Below are positions 13,033-24,387 of a stretch of DNA of 64,000 bases, piece after piece (positions within the stretch are counted from its first letter, which is position 1; every line of letters begins with the position of its first letter). The notes beneath the pieces were generated by a model, which was given only the letters and a program-made list of their open reading frames with translations, did not search any database and was not told the origin of the DNA. The stretch covers positions 38,998,001 through 39,062,000 of the forward strand of contig CM060732.1 of NCBI GenBank assembly GCA_030704615.1. Reading direction: 5' to 3'. This DNA is from Takakia lepidozioides. Its lineage: Eukaryota; Plantae; Bryophyta. The translations under genes and the position numbers were made by a program.

Positions 13033-14109
13033 ATTAAGCTATTGTTGACGACAACTTAATCTGCCACCTCCGAGAGGCAGAGCTCTTCGTTCTAGCGAGC
13101 CCAATGTTGTCGTTGTATGAGTGCAATAGCCTGTAATATGTTCAGGATTAAGATGGTGTTGACGACACCTTAATCTGGGCGTGCAATGCTTACCTTCATT
13201 ATGTTTTTGGCAGAGAAAGCGGAAGAAGGCTTGGGAGAGTCAGCGTCCGATCTCATCTGTGGATCCTGCAGTTCAAGAGCAGACCATGCCAGAGCAGGGT
13301 CATGTCGCTCAGGAGGAGGAGGTGCATATAATGCAGTGTCCACGACAGGTCACAGGCACTGAGGAGCAGCAAAAAAACACACAAGTGCCTCCGCAATCCG
13401 TGAAGGAGAAGAGCCAGGTGCAAGGCAGAAGGCGTGCAGGGGGGGGCGGGTCTTCCAGCGGAGGAACGAAGCCAAAGAAGGTTAGTTCATACATTCGAAT
13501 CCATGGTCTTTGCAATACAAAGAAGTTAGTTTGAGGTGTTGATAACGCCACCTAAAAGGTCACCTTTGCGGGTAATGGTTTACTTAGGAAGGTTAAAGTG
13601 AAGGAAGATTAAGGTGTCATTGACGACACCTTAATCTACCACTGCGTTCAACCAAAAACAGGGAGAAAACACCCAAGAACTACAACAGATTAAGCTGTCA
13701 TTGACGACAGCTTAATCTGCCACTTCGAACATGGGGAAATCACCTTGAAAAACATCAGATTAAGATGTCGTTGACGACATCTTAATCTCCCTCCCCATTG
13801 AACCAAAATATGGGCAAAACACCCTAGAACTACAGCAAATTTAAGGTGTCGTTGACGACATCTTAATCTACCAATGAATTGAACCCAAAACATGGGAAAA
13901 ACAATCTAGTACTACAGTAGATTAAGGTGTCGTCAACGACACCTTAATCTGCCTCTGCAATCAAAACAAACATGGGAGAAACACTCTACAACTACAGCAG
14001 ATTAAGCTGTCGTCAACGACAGCTTAATCTGCCACTGCAGTCAACCTCAAACATGGGGAATTCACTCTAGGAAAACAGCCAATTAAGCTGTCGTTGACGA
14101 CATCTTAAT
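13033..14109. repeat. Palindrome family 1, clusters b and c (13033, 13147; then 13608, 13689, 13759, 13840, 13921, 14001, 14082 at a ~80-bp period)
   Basis: 28-bp palindromes visible directly; the centre is CA or TG. Confidence 0.95.
13211..13480 (+). pseudogene. Putative low-complexity N-terminal exon of the MULE-1 cargo gene (RKRKK...KPKK)
   Basis: Bounded by TTTTTGGCAG and GTTAGT; ends in PKK before a palindrome-filled intron, like the exon ending PKKK at 32841. Confidence 0.5.
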
Positions 14110-14553
14110 CTGCCAATGAATTGAACATAAAACATCCAAAAAACACCCTACAACTACAGCAGATTCAGCGTAGCTGCGGCGTGAGCCCAGCCCTGTGAGC
14201 CTAGGAGCTGAGCTCACGTTTCAGGGAAGCGTGAGCGGCACAAATCTGCTGGAGAAGTAGGTCCTATAGGCGAGGATTGCAGGAAGAGGGCCTATTACCG
14301 TGGACAAAACAAAGGGGGCCACCGTGCACCATGTCTGCAATGCCTGCACAAAAAGAAGAATATGAAAATATCGCAGATTTGAGCTCAGAATGATTGACAC
14401 ACTTTATTTCAATTCACAGATAGACGCTTACAATGAATGACATGTGCATTTGCCCTGGTTCCGTGAACGAAATGTATGTGTTTGTCCTAAATGCAAAATC
14501 TTCACACGGTAACCTGGAAACCAGCATGGGAAGCGGGCATGGTTCGTATGTGT

Positions 14554-17500
14554 TCAAAGAGAATCTGGCGGAGCCCTATGTGAGGTGTCCCGCTGCAGAA
14601 GGGTGATGACTTCTCCGTAGCCTAGTGTGGCTTGGTGAATGAATTGGTCTCTCTTACCGTTGCAGCACATAATTACAAGGTATATATAATATTGATGCTT
14701 GCAGGGGACCCACTTCCCTCTCATGCCGAGAGCGCCCTCACACATCGTTACAAAATCCGGACAAGTGCACGTAGGGAAATTCCCCATGGTAACCTGATAT
14801 TCTTTGACATGAAGAACTGAGCCAATAGACAGCACTGTGTAAATCCGTCCATACCCCGGGGCAAGGACTTTGGTGATACGAGTCACCCGAGGCTGCAAAA
14901 TTCTAGCCGATTCCATCTTGCAGTCGTGATCTGCACCCGAAGCGACACAACGCATTGTTTTTCCATCTCTTTTTGTTGGGTGGGAGTCGGCACCGGGTGG
15001 AGGCATTGCCGGAGCATGTGACACATCTGTGCCGACAGTGCATGTGCAGCATGCTTATCTCGGTTGATGGCAGCGACGTCCCAAGTTTCACAGGCCAAAT
15101 TGCGGGGGGAGGGGGCTTCATTATCACCGAAGGACAAACTGTTCCCTTGACGCATCGTGCCATAGCGTCTGGGCAGAACCAGAACTTGTGGTCCTTTGAC
15201 TCCCCTCTATGATAAGGTCGGAACAACCCTGTGAATGTTGGAGCGGGAGTCCCCCTGGAGCCTTTGCATATTTTTTATTTGCATTTCTTGAAAGAGGGGG
15301 TCCGAATTGCCATGCAAGCCACTCTAGATCCTGGTGGGGTGCGTTCTATATGCCACTCACTGTCAATGCAATCAGATTCATGCACCATGGACACCACCTC
15401 CTCCAATGGGATTCCTGCTGCTGTGCTTGCATGATCTGCACCTGCTCCACTGGAGGAGGACCCACCTGGGAAGGGGCGGGCACACAACTTAGTCTGCACC
15501 GGAGACATCTTTGGTACAGAGAAATTGACCCTGTCCAGCCGATGGGAATCTCCATCCGACCCTAGAGGAGTGTTCAATTTCCTTTTGCATGATCCAAATC
15601 TTTCCTCGCCTTCCAAATGGGGGATCCTGGATTGCAAAGGAGAGCCTTCAGTGCACCTGTTCAGAGCTTTGGCCATCTTTGATAGGTCTCCGGACCTACT
15701 CGCAGCCCTTAGCATCAACAAAGTATCAGGGCCCTTGCCTCCGCCCCGTCCCATCAAAAAATTGCGGTACCTGGTTTGTTGTGTAAGTGCCCGCACCATG
15801 TCATCAACAGTGGCCACATACAAGTCACATCCTGCTTTGGTAGACTGCTGCATCCAGGCGTTGTGAATAGTCTCCGCCAAATTACAAGATGGCATGTCGG
15901 CCAAGTCCTCCAAGGACATGTCCTGCAGGAGGCATTGCATGCAAATGTGAGGAACGAAAGGAAATGGAAGAGGTTCTGCAAGTGACAATCCAACAACCCC
16001 AAAGGAACAGGCATGATGCAAAGTGAAATTTGTGTTTCTGGGATTGAAGAGGCTTACCGTCGTCATGAAACTCCCCACTGTCTGTTCCTGAAGTGCCAAA
16101 AAACCAACCAGTCCTCCAACTCCTTCAGGTGGATACCAGTAGCACCACCAGAGGAGAACCACCCAGCCCGGATTGCTTGGTAAGTGCTCTCAGCTTCTCC
16201 CATTGAGGTGACATTTTTGTACTTGAGGCATAGCCTTCTGTGCTCCAACTGAAAGGTCAGGGCGAATGCAGCGCTTTGTATGACGTGCCAGAGATTGACT
16301 CCAATGGAAGAGGCATGTGCGCTCCCTATTTTCCATTGGGACCTTAGGATCCCCCGAACCAAAGACACGTTGCACTGCATTGAAATTTGTCTGTGCACTA
16401 TCAGCCATGAAGCCCGCAAAATTTGTGTTCTGCATTCCATTGCGCTGCATGACGGCCAGGAGCGAATTCCACATGAGCATCTGGGATTCACTGTCCTCCG
16501 ACTGCATATCACAAATTGCTATGGAGAGCACATGCTGGTACGCTGGATCGTACACATGGCACGCCATGGTTGTCCAACCCTTCACCCGTTTGCAGTGATC
16601 AAACATTAACCAACATTTAGCCAAATCTCCTCTAGGTGGCATTCGGCGGACTATGCTCACACCACTGCCTTTGCCCACTATGGACATCTTGAACAAATAC
16701 ACCTTGGACGAGCCCTGGCCAGGGAAGATACTGTTTTGAATGAATTCATAGCGACTCCTCCGTTTGAGGTCTATAATATTGTCCATGAATCCAGCACTAC
16801 ATGTGCCCATTCTGAGTGCATTCACCTGGTTTCAAATATTGGGAGAGCTCAACACGGAGAAATGGTCCATTACTGCATCAAGCAAATCTGCATCCAACAT
16901 TGGTTGTGTCGCATCCCTTTCACCCATTATGTGTTTTTCCAGGAATGCCTTGCTAGCTGCAAGCGCTATAGCAGAAGGTGTTGCACAAGGGGCATTGTGG
17001 AACTCCTGCTTCAGCAGATTTCTAGCGATGTCCACACTATCCCTACAACTTCCTTTTGACACAGGATGCTCATGTGTACCTATGTGAATGCAGGCACGAG
17101 TCATTGTTTTGCATCGGTGTGCCACCTGGTACATACGAGCGTGGCACACAAACACAGGACGGGGAAAGTTTGCAGAACCTGCACACAAAAGTATTGGTCT
17201 TGGGAGGGGCAAGCCCTGGGGTGAAAGGATTCAGGGGCACACCTTCCCACTCACTTTCGTTTGATTTAGCGCTATTTCTCAGGCGAGGGCAAGAAATATT
17301 CACGCACTTGCAATGCCCAATGCAAACCGACCTTCGAAATTTCAATCCAATGTCGTTGTGGATGTTCGATGTTTTTGTCCTACACCAAGGGTGTCCGTCA
17401 TGTTCCCTACAGAAGCCCAGTTAGTCCACTGGAAGACGTGGGAGGGTTGAGCTCAAACAAGATGTCCCCATCAAACTCTGCTGCCACATATTGAACCCGC

Positions 17501-18066
17501 TACACCCGAAGGGACTCCCAATCAACAAAACGCAGCTCGCTCTTGCACCCAGGCACCCCTGCGAGGGCTTTCAATTTTGGAATGACACTCGTTATCTCCT
17601 GCAATTCGTCATCATCCAAGAATGGAGTCTGCACTGGCAGAGGAATCTCAGAAACATCCTTCGAGGACGAGTCTGAAAGAGTCACGAATGTAGTGGATGT
17701 GCTTACTTCTTGTTTCACATAAACTCTGCCCTTCTGCTGCACGACCGATGCTGCAGTGCCAGGGGTAACTACTGATCCTGCTGACTGTCTTCTCTCTTTT
17801 CCAAGGACCCGGTATGTGCCTGGAAGGACTCTCCACTTCCTTCCACACTTGCCAACCAATGGTTTTTCCAAGTGCCCAGAATCCAAATTCCCATCCTCGT
17901 CATACACCTCTTTTTGAACAAGCAGAGAACCCAATTCCAGAGGGAACACTGTAACCAGCTCATCCTCATGAACAATTGCAAACCCATCGTCATCTGCAGT
18001 AGCAGTTAGTGGAAGACTACCTGCATTGGAATGAAATCGAGCAAGTCTATCTCGCTCCCTGGACAT
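14554..18066 (-). pseudogene. Mutator-like (MULE) DDE transposase with an N-terminal Cys/His-rich domain and a C-terminal SWIM finger; frameshifted
   Basis: WLMFDH (D1), FMADSAQ (D2), CLFHW (MULE CxxH), CNLAETIHN (E); SWIM CTCPDF..PCKH; N-terminal C..C...HIGTHEHP (WRKY/GCM1-like). Predicted GT-AG intron at 15923-16057. Confidence 0.85.
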
Positions 18067-18708
18067 ATTTTCCTACTCTGACCCAAAGTTGCGATCCACA
18101 AAGGGTCCCCCGAACTGATAGCCCGTAATTCTCGAAAAGGGATCCACCCCAAACAAACTGAGGTGAATAAGGGTAGCATTGACCCAAAGATTGCGGGCGA
18201 TGCATGCAAAGGATGTAGGAATGACATGCACGCCGAAAGTCTGCACCGAACTTCGCAGTCAGCCACACTTAGAGACACCAACCAGAAAAACTGTTTTCAA
18301 AGACAAGAAGCCACAAGAAGCCGTGCTGTATTTGGATAAAAAGCAAACCCTGAACATGACATGAAACCATCCATTATGGAAAGACGGCAAGAACCCTGGA
18401 GAGCAGTAAACAGGAAACCCCGAATCTAATGACGTTGTGCTGTGCTTGAAGAGCACAACACAAACACTGATTCTCCGGGGGACACCTCGCACGAATGTGT
18501 GCAACACATCACCATTGCCGACACAAACCTTTATACCGAATGACCCCATTGCGACAGTGACGGCGAAATGCAAACCGCAGGGTAGGCAATATAACATACG
18601 TGGATGCATATGTGAAGCATAACAACTATTGCGAATCTGCAAGTACTGCTCGAAATTGAACTAGCAATAGATTTTTATGGCACTTCTGAATTTGAAAGAA
18701 TGCAAGAA

Positions 18709-19819
18709 TGTTAGAGGACTGTAGGGGACTTAGACATTTATATGGGATCTGTAGGGTACCCTTAATTTTTGCACAGACTGAGACCAACAGGAGCCTTAGG
18801 GGTGACAGCAGCGCACTGTAGAGGGGGTTACACAGCCGACACAGCCGACACAACACAGCCGTCACACAGCCACACACAGCCCACACAGCCACCACAGCCA
18901 ACACAGCCAGTCACAGTCGTCACAGCCCACACAGCCCACACAGCCCGTCACAGTCGTCACAGTCGTCACAGCCCACACAGCCCACACAGCCGTCACAGTC
19001 GTCACAGCCCACACAGCCCACACAGCCCGTCACAGTCGTCACAGGCCCACACAGCCCACATAGCCAACAAAGCCCGTCACAGTCGTCACAGCCCACACAG
19101 CCGACACAGCCCGTCACAGTCGACACAGCCACACAGCAGTCACAGCCCGACACAGCCAAACACAGCCAGTCACCGCTTGACACAGCTGTCACGATAATAG
19201 GGAACTAAGAGTAGGACAGGGAACGACTGTGGGGAACAACACCTGTGAAGGGAACATGTTAGTTCACAGACGACGGTTAGAGAGGGAGGAAACGGTTAGA
19301 ACCGCGGATAGGAGGATAAAGGGAGAAACGGGGAAGAAAGGGGGGAGGGGATCATTTTTGGAAGGGGACTTTGAGTGAGGCTGGAGCGGGAGATCGGAAG
19401 CAAAGGATGGAGAGCACGAGGAAAGGAGGATTAGTAGATGCTTGTTATATGCAAAGCTGTAGTGATATTGTAGAGCAGATTAGAGACACAATGGCTTCGG
19501 CCTGATACCTGATAAATCATAATCTGATACTTATACGATACAATCACACTGTGTAGAGAGATCTGAGAGAAGCTGTGGATTGAATGGTGAGTGAAGGAAA
19601 CCGATAGATTGATGAAGCAAACTGATACTTAATTATCATGTAAGGTAGCTAAGATGAATGCGAAAGGGGAAACAAATAGGAAACACCCCCATGATACACT
19701 AGCTGTAGGTCATGACTGATTGTTCTGCGCGGGCTGAGTACTTAGAGATTTCCAACTCTTCTATCTTGGAGTTTCCGCCTCGGATAGCGAAGGGATGGGT
19801 GAGTAAAAGCCGCGCGACA
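18709..19819 (+). repeat. 5' LTR of copy 2, with a CACAGCC repeat at ~18829-19191
   Basis: TGTTAGAGG...CGCGCGACA; highly similar to 31126-32192. Confidence 0.96.
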
Positions 19820-19821
19820 TT

Positions 19822-19839
19822 TGGCGACCATACTGGGGA
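19822..19839 (+). promoter_or_regulatory. Primer binding site of family A, probably tRNA-Arg
   Basis: TGGCGACCATACTGGGGA two bases after the LTR; TGGCGACCA is complementary to the ...TGGTCG-CCA end of plant tRNA-Arg as I recall it. Confidence 0.7.
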
Positions 19840-19913
19840 CCTAGGACATGAACAACCAGATGTGACAGGCATCTGGTGGGGATCATGGTGGTTGGACCAT
19901 TAAAGAATTTGAA

Positions 19914-22900
19914 GTGAATCAAATTCCCTGTGGAACGAAGGAAGAAAGATTGTCCAAACAATTCTTTCAAAGGTTCTTGGAATTGCCAGACGGATGTAAA
20001 GAAAATATTCTTAAACGAGTGCATGATGCTGATCCAGAATGGGGTCTGGAGAAAGGAGTGATAAAGATTTATCAGGTAGCCTGTAGAGGAAGAGCACGTT
20101 GGTTACCAACATTAGTTTATGTGATAGCGTTGCTATCCATTAAACGAGTAGAGTTTGAAGGCTGGGAAGAAAGAAAGGTGAATGTTTATACTCATATGCA
20201 TGAAGAGCTTGTACTGGTAAAGAATTGGATTCCAAGGATATTTTGTGGATCAAACTCACACCAAGAACAGCTTTTCAGACTTGTTTGCCATATGGTTATA
20301 TGGTAACGGAGACTTCAAGTATAGCCAAGGGTGCATTGAAGCTTGAAAGAAACCCAGGCATATACGAGAGATATTACAGAAGAGAGTTTTGGTTATTGCC
20401 ACATTAAAAGAAATGAAAGACATGGGACATGAGTGATGAAAGAGAAGCTAGACGACAGAGATATTCAGCAAAAAGAGAAAGCTATCTGAAAGCTAATTAT
20501 CCATATCTTTGGGAGAGAGGAATAGACATAGGGGAATCATCTGGACCTCTCACACCATCAAGATCAAAGAGTGCATCACCTATACCGGAAGAACTAGAGT
20601 TGGATGCCACTCCTTCTGTTTCTTTGCAAGAAAGATTAAGGGAATTGGTACAGGAAGAAGATCAATCACGAGGTGAAAGATGATCTGAGGTACATCCTTG
20701 GATAAAAGACTTGACAGAAATCTTTGATAAGAGTTGGCATGGAACACCAAAAGCAGGAACTCCAGTTTCTGAAGCAGAAGATGAAGAAGGAGAAGAGGAT
20801 GTGGCAGAGCCAACGGAGAGTTCAGACTCTCCAACACCATTACAGTTGAGTTACATGAGTGAAGAAGAAACCCAAGGGCAGAACTTGGAGGATGAAAACA
20901 GAGAGAAGAAATGGAAGAGGAAGAAATGAAGAAGTAGACCCAACAGCTGAGGTTGAGACTACAACCAGGACATCCCAACCCGTTGGACCTGGATCAAGTG
21001 GAGCACTTGGATCACAGGCCAACGAAGGTGTCGGCTCAGGGGGATCAGGCGGGCTGCCTGGATCTGGCTCTGGGGGGACAGGGAGTGTGGGAAGTAGTGC
21101 AACTGAAGCTGGGAATACTGTGAATATCGTGGGGCCAGAAGCAAGGAGTGCTCAAGGGCCACCACTTGGTGGAAGATCCACCACAAAAACAACAGGTCCA
21201 GAAGGACCAGCACCAGCAAGGGTGCCAGCACCTGTCAGTGGGCAGAAGGTAGGGCCACAGATGGCGTTACAACCAACACGGGCAAAACCACCCTTTCCAA
21301 TATATTCAGGAAAAGGGGATCCCGATGTACACATTAGCCAATTTGAGCACATGTGTATAGTGAACAATGAGAATGGCGATGATGCCAAGATGAGACTGTT
21401 TCCTTGTTCACTTATCAAGAAAGCAAGTGAATGGTATGCAAGATTCCCTGATAATCATTTCCTAACCTGGAATGGCTTGAATACAGCATTTCGAAATAGG
21501 TTCAGGACAAGTAAAACTGAGGATGAAGTGTATGGAAGTTTACAACAGCTGAAAGAAGAAGCATGAAACTGTTGAAGAGTATATGGAGAAGATGGAATTG
21601 ATGATGAAAAAGCTGGCTGCAGTACCAGCGCCCCCGTTTACAGAAGACTTGGTTTGTGAGTGGATTAAGACCAGAGTTGCAAAAGAAAGTGGATATGTTA
21701 CCCCATAATACAGTGGAGGAGGCATTTGAAACTGCAAACAGAATTGAGCAATTGGGAATGCTCAGGAGAGAGAAAAAGGAAGATGAGGACTCTGAGGATG
21801 AGTCAGATGAAGAAGAAGAGCAAGAACTAAAAAGAAAGAGTAAGAGAAAGGAGAAGTTGAAGAGGGATAACTATGAAAAAAAATTGGAAGAAATCTTGAA
21901 GAAGTATGCCACAGAGGCTGCAACACATTGGAGGAAGGGTGTATGGTGTGCAAAGTGCCAGAATGAAGGCCATACCACCACAGAATGCCACATGAAGGAG
22001 AAACACTGTACTATCTGTAAAATGGATAACCATTCTACTGAGAATTGTTACTACAACAGAAGGACAGCTGCAAGAGAACCTAGGCAAGTAAGGGTGCATC
22101 AGGTGCAGCCCCAGCCAAGAAGAAATAATGATCAGGACCACTATGGTAGGTCTGGTGGTTACAACAATGGCATGGAAGGGAGAGGTAATTCAAGAGGGAA
22201 TTACCAAGGAAATTCCAGAGGCAACTATCAGGGTAATCCAAGGGGGAATTACCAGCCCGGGAATCAGGATTATAGAAATAATCCAAGAACAGACCAAGGG
22301 CGAGGACCCAATGGTGAAGAGCTATGTTACTATTGTAATCAGCCAGGACATCGCAAGGCAGCCTGTTCATTCTGGATAAGACACCAGAATGAGATGAGAG
22401 CTCCTGTGAATGAGGCCCAGTGGTGGCAGCTCACATGGTTAGGCCATGTGTTGTACCAGAAGTAAGTACAATGATAGTAACAAGAAGTAAAGCCAAACTA
22501 ATACCTCCAGTAGAAGAGGAAGAAGATGAGAATGGAAGTGGCAATGATATGCCTGAAGATGAAGAGACTTGGAAAGATGAGAAGGAACTGCACAAGGAAG
22601 TGGCAGATACTATAAGGGAAATGCAAAAGAGTACTGATATTCCTGTGGCAGATTCCTCTGATTCGGATGGAGAAAAAGAAGGGAGTGAGGAAAAAAGAAA
22701 AAGAAGATGCAGACATGCAAAGTAATGAAGAGACTTTGGCTGCAGTAATATGTCAGACCAAAGCAGAAATTACCATTGGACAGCTATTAGCTGTGGCACC
22801 TTATTGTAGGCACAGGCTGTATCAGGCAATCAATCGAATTGCCCAAGAGACAGGAAACACAGACCTGAACAGCAAGGTGACCAGTTATAATGTGAAGCCG

Positions 22901-24387
22901 GAAGGGCGAGAACCAGTCATGGACTTTGATGATTCTATGCCAGTAATCCAATTGAGAATTGGAAGCACAGAACTAACTGATGTACTGATAGATGGTGGTT
23001 CTGGAGTAAATATCATGACAGACCAATTAAGGAAGAAGCTTGGTCTAAGTAACATGAAACCAGCCCCATTTACAGTAACAATGGCAATAGATCAAAGAAG
23101 TGTACAGCCATTGGGATTAATAAGAGGAGTTAAGATACAGATACAGAAAATGATCTTTATGATCACAGTAACTGTATTAAAAATGGATGAAGTCATGGAG
23201 GCTTACTCCTTATTATTGGGACGTCCGTGGCTGAAACAGGCCAGGGTATTCCATGACTGGAATTCTCAGTTACTAACTGTGCATAATGGGATGCACGAGA
23301 TACAAATTACCACAAAGAAATCTAGTAGATTACCTGCTACAAGAAGACCTCGAGGAGTCAGAGAGTATGACTGGAGAGGAGGACTGGATGAGGAGCAGGA
23401 AGCTACCCTATTTGCTGCACACCCAGAATGGGAGCAGGTTGCGGAGATGCGGCTGGAAAGCCTAAGTTGTTTAAGAGGTATCTGCTGTGGTGTAGTGACG
23501 GCAACACCAATTGAAGAGGAAACCAACTGTTACCCACCACATTTCTATGAAGAAAAGGAGGGAGAGATAGAAATCCTAGAAGAACCAGCCACTGTGAGCT
23601 TAAAGGATGAAGTGGTGACTGGTTGGACAATCACAGCTGATGAGCAGGTGAGAGAAGTAAATGTGGGAACTCAGGAGGAACCGAGAATGGTGAAAGTAGG
23701 AGCTGATTTGGAGCCGGAATTCTTCGAAGAAGCTAAAAGCTTGTTCATCAAATACAGAGATGTATTTGCTTGGAGCTATGAGGATCTAAAAGGGATACCA
23801 CCTGAAGTCTGTCAGCATAAGATTGAACTGGAACCAGGGTCAGTACCAATCAAGCAGGCGAGGTATAGAATGAATCCCAACTACGCACAGAAGGTTGGAG
23901 AAGAGATAAAGAAGTTGGCTGAGGCTAAGTTTATATACCCAATAGAGTATACAACTTGGTTGTCACCCATTGTTATAGTTCCAAGAAGAATGGCAAAGCT
24001 AAGAGTATGTGTGAACTATAAGAAGCTGAATGCTTGTACGAAGAAAGAAAGATCCTTTCCCTGCCATTCACAGAAGCAGTATTAGACACTGTGGCAGGCC
24101 ATGAGATGTACTCATTCATGGATGGCTTCAGTGGTTATAATCAAGTGCAAGTGGCAGAAGAAGACCAAGGGAAAACAGCTTTCATCACAGACTGGGGGGC
24201 TTATGCATACAAAGTCATGCCCTTTGGACTTTGTAATGCACCAGCGACCTTTCAGAGAGTGATAAGTGAATCTTTTCAAGAGTATCTGGATGATTTCATG
24301 CAGTGTTTTTGGATGATTTCAGTGTGTACAGCTCTAAGAATGAGCACTTGCATAAATTGGAGTTATGCCTGGCCAGATGCAGGATGA
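19914..24387 (+). pseudogene. 5' coding region, gag (three CCHC knuckles), protease and RT N-terminus of copy 2, broken by small indels
   Basis: Fragments match the uninterrupted ORF 59642..63754 of copy 4 (LIDGGS protease, MDGFSGYNQ). Confidence 0.9.

Larger units (their letters stand above)
10300..14167. mobile_element. MULE-1, left part of an internally deleted Mutator-like element; probably continues at ~48110-52355
   Basis: Terminus GGGCAGCTACCGTGTGAGC is homologous to the terminus at 14168; contains a SWIM-bearing transposase C-terminus and palindrome family 1, which recurs at 49.7-51.1 kb. Confidence 0.7.

Noticed and set aside
10938-14109. CRISPR array (28-bp palindromic repeats with spacers)
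   Set aside because: Spacers within a cluster are related tandem-repeat sequence, mostly 40-105 bp long; no cas genes; eukaryotic intronic context.
13608-14109. loxP/FRT-like recombinase sites
   Set aside because: The centre is only 2 bp rather than 6-8 bp, and no tyrosine or serine recombinase is visible.
18769-19197. His/Ser/Thr-rich or Cys/Gly-rich ORFs in LTRs (also at 3457-3763, 31052-31554 and 52976-53431)
   Set aside because: Translation artefacts of the CACAGCC simple repeat.
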